A DNA stretch of 64,000 nt from the human T2T-CHM13v2.0 reference genome, Homo sapiens. Shown here piece by piece: positions 1-21,241 of this stretch. The notes beneath the pieces were generated by a model that was not told where the DNA came from, did not search any database, and saw only the letters and a list, made by a program, of their open reading frames with translations. Position 1 is the stretch's first letter. Each line of letters starts with the position of its first letter. A program made the translations under genes and the position numbers. The stretch lies in assembly GCF_009914755.1 (NCBI RefSeq), contig NC_060933.1. One strand, given 5' to 3'.

Positions 1-272
1 CATGACAAAGGGTATCACATGTGTCCTGGGAACCCAGGGGCCAAGGAAAGAGCTCAGCCCAGGCACAAACAAGGTGGGAGGAAGTTGGGAGAAATGGCCA
101 AGTTTTTGGATTTGAGGTAGTTCCTGTTTACTGTGCATCTACTGTGTGCCAGGCCCTGTGCTGAGCTGTGCACCCTCGTGGAACTCTGCCTAGAACCTTA
201 GAAGCAGAGTGGTTCTGATCCTTCTAAAAGCAAGGAACCTGAGAGCCTCCACACTGTGAATGTAGAGAGCGA

Positions 273-279
273 ACACACA

Positions 280-316
<37 letters not shown>
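273..316. repeat. (CA)n microsatellite
   Basis: AC run with one TA interruption. Confidence 0.97.
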
Positions 317-318
<2 letters not shown>

Positions 319-2917
319 CCTGCTGTGTCTTATCCCGGTGAGCATTCTTCCTGTTTTGTCGCCGAAAACCAGGCATATAGGAGAGAGTCCACAAGTGTGA
401 GTGACAGGGTCACCTCCTCTGTCCTGTGCTCTGGGGCCAGCTCAGCATTCTCTTTTGCCTGCTCTGGGAGGCAGAATAGGATAGAAATCACGAAAGGAGG
501 CTTTGGACTTAGGCCCAGCAGAGCCACTCACTGGGCAAGCGGAGTCCCCTCTCTCAGCCTCAGTTTCCTTACCTGTACCGTACGGATAAGAGTCGCCACT
601 TCCTGAGCAGCTGTTCGGGTTCATGAGCCCGGGTCGGAGCCATGGCAGTCCCTGTGTGTGACCAGCGTGGCTGCTGAGACAGCTCAGGGCTGAGGCTCCC
701 TTGCGGGGATTGAGAAATGCTCGTCCCGGCCGCCCTGCCTCCTCAAAGACATCCTGACGCTGGTCTCTGTTTACGCACAAGGGGCGCCGGGGGCCCAGCG
801 CAGCCCCAGATTTGGCCTCTTTTTGGTTTCCTATGACTTAGGTTTGCTCCAGGCTAAGCCATGGCTTGCATAATAGCGGGGGAAGGAGAGGCCTGGGATT
901 GTCGGTGTCCCCTGTGGAGGCCGTCTGATGACCTCTCCTCCTGGTCCTTAGGCCACCTCTGCTGGCTCTGTCCCCCCACTGCTCCCTCTCCTTGAAGGCT
1001 CATGGGAAGGGAGAGTGGGCGGCCAGCTCTGGCCCGGGGTCTCCTAGAGGGAATGGGGTGAGGGGCAGGGAAGGAGATGGAGGTCGCCGCATTCCCAGCC
1101 CCCCGTGGCTCCTGGACATCTGTTCCGGATCCTCCCGTCATCTCTGAGCTGAGCCTTCCTGTCTGGGATGAAAGGCAGCAGTGGGCTCTGGCAGCCCCAG
1201 CCCACCACCAAGGCCCAGGGAGGCCACGGGGCTGGGGCCTGGGAGTCAGTGGGGTGTTGGGGGAGTGGACAGTGACGGGGGTACAGACCATTCCGGGGCT
1301 CTCACCGTGTACCAAGGACTCGCCCAGGCGGCATCCCAAACCGGCATGCTTTGTTCTTTTACAGACAGCAAAACTGAGGCACTGAGGGTGAGATCAGTTG
1401 CTTGGGGTCGCACAACTCAATAAATGGTGGCCCCCGGGACCCTCCCCCTAACTGCTGTACTTGGGAATGAAGAGGGTCCAGGCTAGGCTGGTCCACATGC
1501 TTGAAGCCTCGGTCCTGGGAGGAACAGTATGGGCTGTGGCTTTCGGTGGGCTGGGGGAGTCTCCTCCCGGCTTGCACTTGGATCGCTGAGAATCTCCTGG
1601 AACCACAAAAAGACCTGAGTCCCCCAAGCAGATGAGTTCTGCCCTCCCTCCCCCGCAGGTCCCGGATGTCCCTGCATGGAGTTGACTTCTTCTTGCTTTC
1701 ATTTAGCCGTTTGCTTGGTGGTCACCCAGCCTTGGCTCACTGGCCACAGGATGCAGCTGTGAACAGGGCCATGTGCGGCCCCTGTCCTGAGGGGCTCAGG
1801 GCCCACCAGAAGGCAGCCTCTACTGAGCAGTGCTGAGAACGAGGATGTATGCTCAGAACATGCACTGGTGCGCACGAGCCTCATCTCTAGGGTCAGGAAG
1901 GGTCTCGCTGAGACCTGAAGGATGGTAGGAGCTGACCAAAGAGGGAAGGATGTTCTTCGACCTGCCGGGCCTGGATGGCCTGAGTGCAGACACCGAGAAG
2001 ACGCTGGGGTCTGGCCAGCCACAGCGAGGAGCCGGGTCCCAGGGTGCTGGACATTAGGGGGACCCTGTGGCCCCTGAGGGGTCCTGGAGCCAGCTGGGTC
2101 TCCTGAGCCTTGGCTCCGTTCTGTCTTCCTGTCGAGTGGGCGGCTGCGATTGCCTTGGCCTGGGCCAGTGCTGGGGGCCAAGTCCTCCCTCCTGCTCCCT
2201 GGGGGTTCTGGCTGGAACGCTGGGCCCTGAGCAGGGCAGGAGGTCAAGGCAGCGGCTGGTTAGCCTCCATCCACCCACAGAACTGCCCTCCAGGCCCCTG
2301 GGCCCAGCTGGCCTTGGCCACCTCTTTCTCTCTGGGCCTCCCAGGACTAATCCAGGAGATGCAGGGCTAGGAAGTGGCAAAGCCCAGGATGGGTGTAGCC
2401 AGCCTCCCATGGCCTCTGCATCATCCCTGTCCACTTCCCACACTGCCCTTCAGCAAGGCCTTGGCTGGGCCGAGGCACTCTCTCTCCTCCAGCGCCTTAC
2501 ACGTGCTGTGGCTTCGGCCCAGCGCACTTCTCCTCCCACCTTCAGCCTAACTCATGTCTTGTTCATCCACAAAACCATTGCATGTCTGCCGATCCCTGTG
2601 CTGAGCCCTGGGGATGTCTGTCTGCCCCACTCAGCTTAGAGGTGCCTCCTCTGGAAAACCCCTCACCCCTCTAAGGTTGGGCAGAGGGCCTGCCCACGCA
2701 TCCTTGCAGCCCCTAATCCTCCTTCCACCAGAGTCTGGATTACACTGCGTGAGGGCTTGGTCTGTTTACGTCCATCCCTATCTCTGGGCTGCCAGAGGGA
2801 ATGCCTGTTTTCACACCTGTGCCCCAGTAGTGCCCAGCCTGCATTTGCCCACTGCACAGGGTGCTGGGTAAAGGTTGGTCAGGCGAATGAATGGAAGAGC
2901 AGCTCAAATTTCATTGA

Positions 2918-7512
<4,595 letters not shown>

Positions 7513-9391
7513 AAGACCTGCCTCTCTCTCCCTACCTGTAACCTCCCCTTGGGGCAGGTGCCATGAATCCTTATAGCTGAGCATGGCACCTAGCACACAA
7601 GAGGTGCCCAATAAATGCTTGCCGGATGAATGAGTAGACTCGAGGCAGGATTTGTACCTTCAAGGAGTTTATAATCCAGTGAGAGAGTGGAGACAGCAGG
7701 CAGTCCTGACAGTGTGGATCACATTGTCCCAAGTGTGCCTGGAAGTCATGATCCCTGGATGAGTCTCTGTTTCACACTAGCCAGCATTTAGTGAGCACCT
7801 GCTATGTGCCACGTGCTTTGCCAAGTACTTTACTCACACTGTATGGCTGAGATCCCCAAACACTTCATTTACTAGTGAGGAGTCAGGCTCAGGGAGCAGA
7901 AGGACTTCCTCAGTGTCATGCCCAAAGTCACTGCTCAAAACCTGGGTGCCCTCCTACTCAGGAGTCCATGGAGCCCCAGAGAGAAGGGGCTGCCTAGGAA
8001 GGGGGTGAAGGGGGTGCTGGTGCCCATGGAGACATGGAGGTCCCACCCGCCCCCCTCCCAGTCTTCACCTGCTGGCTGAGCCAGCAGCTGGGCACAGCAG
8101 AGCCTCCCCCGGCCGGGCCCCGCACCGCCCACGCCAAACAGCAGGAGCGCCAAGCTGTGTCCTCTCCAGCCAGCTGGAACATAAAGCCCATCAAGAATGA
8201 CACCGGGACAGTCATAAAATCAAGCTGGCCCACATCCGGCACTGACCAAGCAGAATGAGCTCAGTACGAAGAGGCTTATTTTGGGAAAATGGAAACAAAA
8301 CAAAGCCCTATAATTGGAGCCATCTGGGCAGCAGTGGCCTAGGGAGTGGGGCGGGAGGGGCTAGGGTGGAAAGCTGGGCTGGGAATGCATGGGTGAGGCT
8401 GCCCTGCCCACCTCGAGCATCAGAACCAGGTGGGTGAGCTGCTCCCAGCCTACAGGGGAGTCACACCCAGCAGGGTCCCTTAGCCCCATCTGGCCACCCA
8501 CTGTTCTTGTTCTTCCTCTCCCAGCCAAGCTCTTGGCACTTCTGGGTGTGGTGACTCCCTATAAGGAGCTGGGGACTCCCCATGGCCATAATGCCAGATA
8601 CCACAAGACCCTGGCTGAACCAGGGATAGGCTCCATCACAGCCCTCCCATCTTGGCACTAAGTCTAAGCCCCAAATATGAATCAAGATTGCCAAGTCTAA
8701 AAAAACAAAAAGATTGCCAAGTTCTCCTCTAACCTGGGGAGACCAAACAGTTTTCCTTGGATTGAGTGTTGCCTAGGGCTTTGTGTTAAGAAGGATTCTG
8801 AGGTACAGTCTGAGCCAAAACATGACTGAGACATGACTGCATGTTTGCAAAGAGAGGTGGCAGGGCATTCCAGACCATTGCATAAGTCAGGGAACAGACG
8901 AGGGGCTGAGAGAATGACAGAGAGGAGGGCTAACACAAGGAATTCCAGAGAATGAGCTAGTGATCTGGTGAATACTGAGGTCACTTGCGAGAAGGAGGTG
9001 ATTCACCAGCTTCTTGTTTTGGTGCATAGAGAGACTAGGGGAGGAAGGAGGGTGCCTTTATTTTTCCCCCCCAAATACATGTAACACAAACGTGGAGTCT
9101 GGCTTTCGGTTCTTTTGGGTATATCCCCAGAAGTGGAAGTGCTGGATCATATGGCAATTCTATTCTTAGGTTTTTTGATGTTTTTTTTTCTCCCCAGAGT
9201 CTCTGGCTTCTTTTAATTAGTTTTAACCTTTAAGCTTTTGTAAGCGTAATCAACCAGCTGAGGATGGTAGGGGATATTTCCCAACACTTCTCGTGTAAAC
9301 TCAAATTGTAGGTTCTTGCTTGGAGTAACACAGGCTCTTCACTGCTTACAAGGTTATTCTTGAGTTGCAAAAATTCTCTCTCCGTAGTTTT

Positions 9392-9530
9392 TCCTGGATT
9401 CCTCTATTCAATCTCGGCTGCCACAGAAAGCAGAAAGCAGTCAGAGAGAAAGCACAGGGACGCTGTTTTTGCATCTGTAGTGGAAACCTTAGCAGACAGT
9501 AACTGCTCTGGGGCTGTCAAATAGATGCAT
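9392..9530 (-). pseudogene. SNORA31: Retroposed H/ACA snoRNA copy, SNORA31 family (SNORA31B-like); ACA box decayed to CCA
   Basis: Minus strand reads ATGCATCTATTTGACAG...GGTTTCCACTACAGATGC (5' hairpin closed by GCATCT/AGATGC), H box AAAACA, then GTCCCTGTGCTTTC...GTGGCAGCCGAGATTGAATAGAGGAAT-CCA-GGA. It resembles SNORA31 as I remember it; family assignment needs an Rfam search. Confidence 0.72.
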
Positions 9531-9708
9531 TGTTTTTAGTTTTTTCGGGAACCACCAGTTTCCCATAGCGTATGCACCATTTCACATTCCCACCCACAGT
9601 GCATGAGGGTTCCAGTTTCTCCATATCCTTGCCAACACTTGTTATCTTCTGTTTTTTTGATAATAGCCATCCTAATGGATGTGAGGTCCAATAATACATA
9701 TATATAAC

Positions 9709-10643
<935 letters not shown>

Positions 10644-10780
10644 AATAACATACATAGTATATATAACAGCTTTAGGAGATACAATTCACATACCGTATAA
10701 TTTACCCATTTAAACTATACAATCCAGTGGTTTTTAGTATATACACACAGTTGTGCAGCCATCACCACAATCAATTTTAG

Positions 10781-10951
<171 letters not shown>

Positions 10952-12311
10952 TAATTTTTTAATTTGTTCTTATTTATTTATTTATTTTTTGTAGAGAGAG
11001 GATCTTGCTATGTTACCCAGGCTGGTCTCAAACTCCTGGGCTCAAGCGATCCTCCAGCCTCAGCCTCCCAAAGTGCTGGGATGACAGGTGTGAGCCACTA
11101 AGCCCGGCTTGGAACACCTTTATTACCCTGTACCTATTAGCAGTCACTTTCTGTTTTCCCCCAGTCCCCATCCTGAACCCCTATCCTGTGACAACCACCT
11201 GTCTCCTTCCTGTCTCTGTGGATTTGCCTATTCTGGACATTTACGTGGAATCCCATAAGATGTGGTCTTTGGTGATTTTAGCTTCTGCCACTTAACGTTC
11301 TCGTGGTTCATTCTTGTGGTTGCGTGTGTCAGCACTTCATTTCTTCTTGTAGCCCAATCATATTCCATCATATGATATATGCCACGTTTTATTGATTCAT
11401 TCATCAGTTGCTGGGCATTGGAGTTGTTCCCACTCTTTGGCTGTTGCAAAGAAAGCTGCTGTGAACATCCATATGTACGTTTTGCGTGGATGTATATGTT
11501 TTCATTTCTCTTGGGTATATGCTGAGGAGTGGAATTGCTAGGTCCTGTGATAACCCTGTGTCTAACATTTTGAGGAACTGCTAGGCGCTGTTTTCCAAAG
11601 TGGCCGCCCCATTTTACATTCCCATCAGCAGTCTATGAGGGTTCCAATCCCCCAACTTCCTCACCAACATTTGTTATTACCTCTGTTCATGCTACCCAGC
11701 CTTGAGGGTGTGAAGGAAATCTCATTCTGGTTTTATCTTGCATTTCCCTGCTGGCCAATGATGTGGAGCATTTTTTCTTGTGTTTCTTGGCCATTCATAT
11801 ATCCACTTTGCAGAAATGTCTATTCAAAACCTTTGCCATTTTTGTTTTTTCTTTTTTGAGATAGAGTCTCACTCGGTTGCCCAGGTTGGAGTGCAGTGGC
11901 GTGATCATGGCTCACTGTAGCCTCTAATTCCTAGGCTCAAGGGATCCTCCCACCTCAGCCTCCCAAGCAGCTTGGAGGCACGGGCCACCATGCTCAGCTC
12001 ATTTTTTATATTTTTTGTAGAGATGAGGTTTCGTCATGTTGCCCTGGCTAGTTGTGAACTCCTGCGCTCAAGCAATCTACTCCTCCTTTGTCAGTTTTTA
12101 ATTGGGTTGTCTTTTTGAGTTGTAAGAATTCTTTATATATTCTGGATAAGTCTCTTATCAGATATATGATTTGCAACTATTTTCTCCCACTCTGTGGGTT
12201 GCCTTTTCATTTTCTCAGTGGTGTTCCTTGAAGGACAGAAGTTTTGGTTTTGATTAAGTCCAGTTTATGTATTTTTTCTTTTGTTACCTGTGCTTTTCGT
12301 GTCATTTCTAA

Positions 12312-12744
<433 letters not shown>

Positions 12745-14519
12745 TAAGGAAGATGGTGGTGGCAGTGGGCAGTCTCTTGGGGGTCTCTGGGACCAGGGAA
12801 GGAAGGATCAGAGAATAGAAAGCCGGCCATGGGGAGGGGACTGGGCATCTTCTGTGCTGCTCTGGGAAGTGAGAGGCTACTGCCAACGGTAGAGATGCAG
12901 GAGGGACTCCCTGCGTGGGCCGTTCTTCCCTTCATTCATTCGTTCCTGCACCAACACTCAGTGAATGCCTGCCAGGTGTCAGGCACCTTGCTAGGCACTG
13001 GGATGGCAGAGATTACCAAAGAGACGCCCGGTGCCGACGGTGAGGAGCTCTGTCCAGTGTGGGGAGCCACCGCTGAGCAGGTAACTCTGCAGGAGGCTAG
13101 CTAAGGAGTCACATTGCAGGAGGCCCCCTCTCCTGTCCTGGGGGGATGTCAGGGGTGTGCATTAGGGCTTAAGGTTGAGTTGGGCTTCTGTGAGGAGGGG
13201 GTACCTGGATGGAGTCCTAAACATAGGAGGATGGGGAGAGATGGTGGCATTTCAGGCAGTGGGGAAATTGCCTTTTTAAATTCAGGCTGTACTTCCTTCT
13301 TATTATTGAAATCATACCCGCTCTCAGTGTAGAAGCCAGATACTTCCCAGCTCGAACTGTGGAAGGCGGCAGTTCTCCCGCGCCCGCACCCCAGCCTCCC
13401 TCTCCGCCCGGCGCTCTCTGAGCCATTTCTGTTCCCTGATGCATCCTTATCTCCTAGCCCTGTGCCTGCACTGCCATGTCAGGGTTTTTCTCTTCTTAGG
13501 CATTGCCTGTTGACATCCCATGAGGGAAGAGGAGGAATTGGGAACCCCCTTCCCTCTACCACAGCCATCCTCCCTACCCCAGCCTCCCAGGGTAGCTGAG
13601 TCATTGTGACGGAGCCAGGTCTGCTGTTGAGGATGCTTCCAGGGTGGAGCGCAGGGCAGGCAGGTGCCTAAAGCCTGCAGATCCTCCAGCTGGGTGTCGG
13701 GGGCATGTGGGGGAGTGGGGCTAAAGCCCAGGGAAGGGAGAGGCCACTGGAAGCTGGGGGTTCAGGGAGCAAGCAGAGGGGCTCAGGAGGGGGCCAAGGC
13801 AGGCAAAGGAGAGGAGAGCAGGTGGAGGCCCCGGGAGAGGGGACTTTCGAGGAGGTGAGCATGATCAGAGGCCCCTGGCTGTGGCCACCAGGGGCTGTGG
13901 GTGAGGTAACTTTGCAAGTACAGTGTCTTCTGTGGAGTGGCCCAGAGAAGCTGAATTGCAGGAGGTTGAAGGTTGAGTTGGGAGATGAGGCTGTGGGGCA
14001 GTGGATTTAAACCTGTCTTGGGAAATTTGGAAGATAGAAACTTGGAGCAATAAGGGGTCCAGGGAGGATTTCGTTAGGATTAGGAGATATGTGGTCATTG
14101 CAAGGGAATGAGGCCGAAGGCACAGTGCAAGGATCAGCTTCGTTGGGGTGTAGTAAAAGAAATAACTTTCTAACGGTAGAGCAGGCTTTCTTAGAATGTG
14201 GCAACATCCCATTGCTGGAGATATTTGAGCAAACAGAGATGGCTGCCTCTCAGGGGTGTTGCAACGGAGATTCCTGTGCAGGGTGGCGAGTTGACCCAGA
14301 AGAGGGACAGCAAATACTTGGGAAGCATGTGGGCATTGTCCTTTCCAGTGCCCCAGCAGGCATCATGAATGGAGGGTGGCTTCCCCTGTCCAGAGCTCCA
14401 GACAGCTTCCAGCGATCCATCCACGCTAGTGCCTGCAATGCAGCCGTCTGTCCTTCCTAGACCAGGATTCCATACCTCCTTCCCCTTCCATAAAATGGGC
14501 CCCGTTTTCCTGGCTGCAG

Positions 14520-14824
14520 GGAAGGCTTATGAGATCACGTATGTGAGGCTGAAGTTCCACACCAGTCGCCCTGAGAGCTTTGCCATCTACAAGCGCAGCC
14601 GCGCCGACGGCCCATGGGAGCCCTACCAGTTCTACAGCGCCTCCTGCCAGAAGACCTACGGCCGGCAGGAGGGCCAGTACCTGCGCCCCGGCGAGGACGA
14701 GCGCGTGGCCTTCTGCACCTCTGAGTTCAGCGACATCTCCCCGCTGAGTGGCGGCAACGTGGCCTTCTCCACCCTGGAGGGCCGGCCCAGCGCCTACAAC
14801 TTCGAGGAGAGCCCTGGGCTGCAG
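14520..14824 (+). CDS. LAMC3: LAMC3 exon 2 (305 nt), LN domain
   Basis: ctgcag|GGAAGGCT ... CTGCAG|gtcagg; encodes [27 protein letters not shown]...FEESPGLQ. Confidence 0.97.
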
Positions 14825-14937
14825 GTCAGGGAGGAGCGGGGCTTCGGAGGTTGGGACGGGGTTGGGACTGGGTCACGGCAGTAGGAGGGTCTGATGTGCC
14901 AGGACACACAGGGTGGGGGACCTGCAAAACCCCATGG

Positions 14938-15316
<379 letters not shown>

Positions 15317-15752
15317 TAATGAACCAGAAGGAAGACGGGCTACTCAGTGGACCAGAGCTGTCCCTTCCCTGGCCTCCTGGGGCAGAGCCCTGTGGCTCCC
15401 AGGAGCCTGTGAGGGCTGTCAACCCACCTGGCCCCTTCCTTATATGGGTGTGGAAGCTGAGGCCTGGAGGGAGACAGCATTTTCCAGGGGCACAAATGAG
15501 GCGTGGAAGGGCCCAGGCCAGCACCTGAGTGTCCAGACTCCTGGCTGGTGTTCTTTCCAGAACTCTCCGCCGAGGGGCCTCGCTTCCTCCTCCTGTGAAT
15601 TAGTAACAGGGCCTGCCCATGTGTCTCCAAGGGCTCCTATGAAAATGGCAAAATGTGACAGGAACATGGGCTTTGGAGTCATAGAGCCCTGGGTCCCACG
15701 CTGTAAGTCCGTGCCAACCAGCAGCACTTTCTGTGATGACGGAAAGCGCCTC

Positions 15753-15935
15753 TAGCTGCATTGTCCCATGTGGTGCCACCAGCCACCACGAGATGTGGCC
15801 AGCGCAGTTGAGGAACTGGATTTCATATTTTATTATTAATATTTTATTATTAAATATTAATAAATTTAATAAAATAATAATTATTTTATTAACTTAGCCA
15901 CATGTGGCCAGTGGCTGCCACGTTGGAGAGACTGC
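15753..15935. mobile_element. MER3/MER33-like hAT MITE
   Basis: Palindromic agccac...gtggcc arms, AT-rich centre, tagccacatgtggccagtggc. Confidence 0.7.
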
Positions 15936-16225
15936 TGTGGGGTAGCGGGAACACACACACTGTGACCAGTGCGGTGCTTGGCACGTAGAGCGTGCCCACC
16001 CACACTCGGGAGATACGCGCGCATGACAGCTCCCCGTCCTTGTCCTCACGGTAGAGAGGACGGCTGGCCTGTCGCCATGTCAGTCCATTCAGGGCCCTCC
16101 AGTTCAGCCCACGTAGGTCCACCCAGGTGTGCGGACCTGCCGGGATCGGCACCTATCTGTGTCCACGTTGCTGTGTGTCCATAGCTGTTCATCTCCACAC
16201 AAGTGTGTTGGGTGGCTCTCCAGTC

Positions 16226-16541
16226 CACAGGTCCCCAACCCCCGGCTGCAGACCGGTACTGGTCCATGGCCTGTTAGGAACCAAGTCACACAGCAGGAGA
16301 TGAGCGCGGGCAGGTGAGCTTTCCTGCCTGAGCTCCGCCTCCTGTCAGATCAGCCTCCTGTCAGATCAGCTGCGGCATCAGATTCTCCCAGGAGCAACTG
16401 GGTTGCGTGTCCTCCTGAGAATCTAGTGCCTGATGGTCTGAGGTGGAACAGTTTCATCCCAAACCACCGCCTACCCCGTTCGTGGAAAAATCGTCTTCCA
16501 CGAAACCTCTTCCTGGTGCCGAAAAGGTTGGAGTACCGCTG
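16226..16541 (+). mobile_element. MER1B (hAT-Charlie) with 8-bp TSD ctc(c/t)agtc
   Basis: ggtccccaacccccgg...ggtccatggcctgttaggaacc...aaaaggttgg; TSD at 16218-16225 and 16542-16549. Confidence 0.85.
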
Positions 16542-16754
16542 CTCTAGTCCATTTCCCCGGGTTCAGACCCAAGACGTGTCCAAACCCAGGGAACCTGCCC
16601 TCTCCTCCCCTCCAGACTTTCAGAGCGTCTCCTTTGCCCATCTGGGATAATGAGGGAACCAGGGTTAGAATCCTGTTTCCAGAGGGGACACTGACACCCA
16701 AAAAGAAGTTGCGTTCTGTCAGCAATGTGCAGCATGAGAACACACGGAGCCGGC

Positions 16755-17460
<706 letters not shown>

Positions 17461-18156
17461 TCTCTAGACGTCCAGGCCCTGCTTGTCCCACTAAAATTGT
17501 ACATGTCACCATGATTTTATTTAAAAATTACAATTTCTTCTCCACGGGGCTCCAAAGCTCTGTAGATTAGAAAACGTCACCCGAGGTCAGATGAAGACAG
17601 GCAGGGAGGGCCGGCCCCCGCTCCCACCTGCGTCTGTGCAGCCACCACCCTGGGGACACCCTTGGCTGTTGGAGGTTTTCTGTCTTGTTGCCTCTTGTGT
17701 TCTGGACACTGTCCCTGATGGAGAGATGACCTTTTGAGAAATATCTCCCCTGCTGCTTCTGGACAGAAACCAAGAGCAGAGCAGGACAAAGAGAGGCAAG
17801 TCTACCTTGCTCTTTTCTCCTCATGCTCCCTCTGGACACATTTAGGGGGCAGGTGCTTTCTCAGAGGACACAGAGCTTGGAAGGAAGGATGTGGCTGCTG
17901 GGTCTTGGGTCCCTCTGACCCCCAAGGAAGGGCCTAGGACTTTGGAGGAGAAGGTCGACCTGGCTGTTGCAGAGTAAGACCGCCAGAGTTGAGGGGCCGC
18001 CTGAGCACCCCTTGGACATAGAGCCCAAGCTGTCCACCTCCTGCTTCTCCTTAATGCCATGGCCTGAGTCCTGGGATCCATCTAAAATCAACTCCAGCAC
18101 CCACTCATAGCTTAAGCTGGAGTTCCAGTGCCTGGGTTCAGTGGGGATTGCCCTAA

Positions 18157-18459
<303 letters not shown>

Positions 18460-19034
18460 TAAAATGACTTTTAAGGCATCAAGACAGTCCCCCTGCAATT
18501 GAGGCTAAGGCTGCTCTCTCCCAGCATCCATCCTATGTCTCAGAGATTTTGACCCCATTCCTTTGTGGTCATTGTCCTTGCAGACTGATGGATCAGGTCA
18601 CAGGCCAGGAAGCAGAGGTGGGAGACCTTGGGCAGGTCATTGCTGTCTCTGGGCCCCACTGGCATGATAAGGGCTTTGGGATAGACACAGGAAGGCAGAC
18701 CAGCCTCGTGGTTAAAGCTGGGACCCTGGGATCAGATAGACCAGAATCCCAGCTCTGCCATGCACTGGCTGTGCAACTTGGAACAGAAGGGTTACCCTCT
18801 CTGAGCTTCAGTCTCCTCATCTTTAAATGGGGTTAATAACAATACCTACTTCAGGGTTACCGTGAGGCCCGAGCCCTAACCATACAATATGTGTCAGTAG
18901 CCGCCGCACCTCCTGGCTCTGGTATCCAGTTGGTTTGAGTTCTCCAGGTGGCACTTTTTTCTGGAGAAGGAATCGCCACAGCGCGTTCAGCTCTGGACTG
19001 CGGGACTTCCCCACCCCAGGCCTCAGCTCCTTGT

Positions 19035-19170
19035 CCAGTAGCCGGCCCAGCAGCATCAGTACCTGGGCACTTGTGAGAAACGCAAGCTCCCCAGCTCCAC
19101 CGCTGACCCCTGAATCAGAAGCTGCACTTTAACCAGATCCCTGAATGCACGCTGAGCTTTGGGAAGTGCA
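19035..19170. mobile_element. MER5A-like fragment
   Basis: cagcagcatcagtacctggg...tgaatcagaagctgcactttaaccagatccc. Confidence 0.7.
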
Positions 19171-20263
19171 TCCTGGGGTGATCCAGGCCTGCAAACTCAA
19201 GCACAAGCTTAGCTTGGTGCAGAGGCTCCCACTTTAGTGTTTGGGTGCTGGACCCCTCTCCCTGGCCAAGGCATCCTCTGGCAGAGGCCCTGGGTCCCCG
19301 GCAGTAGCTCCGGTTGCCGAGCTCTCGGGGAGCAGGAGGGCCGTCGGCCTGAGTCACGCTGGGGCAAAAAGATGGCCTGCCAGGAGCTCATTTTCTGCAC
19401 TGATGGGCCTGATTGCTAAAGCAGGGGCTCCTGGGCGGAATCAAAACGCTGATTAATATTCAGCTGGAGCTGCTGCTGCTGCTCACAGCAGGCAGGTGAA
19501 AATGTCAGTCTTCACGTGGGTTTTCCCCGACTTCCCCTCCACGCTCTTCCATGGGGAAGCTGCTCATTCAGGGATCAGCAGGTATTTATCGAGTGCCTGC
19601 TAGGGCCAGGCAGAGCCCAGGGCCAGGGAAACAGTGAGAACAAGGGGCCACAAGTCCCTGCTCTCGTGGAAGAGATGTCACCTGAGGCAGGTGACCTGTC
19701 CACAGGAGCCTGACCCTCAGCATGTGAGGAGCCAAGAAACCCGGGGCCAGCTGCATGCCAGGCCCCACTGAGCAGGGGAGAAGGTTGCGGGGGCACACCG
19801 TCCCCCAGCTGTATCCCTGGAATGAGGTGCAGGAGCTGCTGGGAAAAGCCAGGTGACCTGCACAACCGGGTCTTCAGTGGGCTGCTTTGACCCCTGCCCG
19901 CCCAAACCTCAGCTGCTTCCTGACCACGGGCCCGACCTCACAGCCAGCACTGATACTTGCTACCCTCCCCCAGACATGTTTGTAGGGGAGGTGCTATTTT
20001 TGTTCCAATTCACAGATGGGAAAATGGAGGCTCTAAGACACTGAATGCAGTTGCACTAATCAGTAGCCTAGCACCCAGGTTGGGGTGACCCCCAAAGCAC
20101 AGCCTCCTTATTTCTGCAGTGTTCTCAGAATTGGCCTGAGCTCGGCCTGTTCCTGTGTCCCAGGAGCTCCCGGGGCAGCCAGCTGGATCTGCCAGCAGAG
20201 CGATGGGGGTAAATACTAAATACTCAGGAACCTGCTGATGGCACCCTCTCCCCTCTGCCCCAG

Positions 20264-20394
20264 GAGTGGGTCACCAGCACCGAACTCCTCATCTCTCTAG
20301 ACCGGCTCAACACGTTTGGGGACGACATCTTCAAGGACCCCAAGGTGCTCCAGTCCTACTATTATGCCGTGTCCGACTTCTCTGTGGGCGGCAG
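20264..20394 (+). CDS. LAMC3: LAMC3 exon 3 (131 nt), end of LN domain
   Basis: ccccag|GAGTGG ... GGCAG|gtagga; [44 protein letters not shown]. Confidence 0.97.
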
Positions 20395-20591
20395 GTAGGA
20401 GGGAGGAGGGAGGCAGGGTGGCAGGGCTCCAGGACCCAAACCCGAGAGCGGAAGGTGGCTGCTGTGGGGTGGGGGGTGGGGGGGCACAGAAGCCAGGTGT
20501 GCCCCAGGGGAGAGGGAGGGAGCACCTGCCATTCGAGGCCCTGGGGGTCCACACCCAGCCCACCTCCTGCCGGGTCCCCTGCATCAGCTGA

Positions 20592-21214
<623 letters not shown>

Positions 21215-21241
21215 TAGAGAAAGGCGCTTCTCTCTGGCCCG

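Noticed and set aside
15822-15893. AT-rich hairpin (aataaaataat-a-attattttatt)
   Set aside because: Expected AT-rich palindromic centre of the MER3-like MITE.
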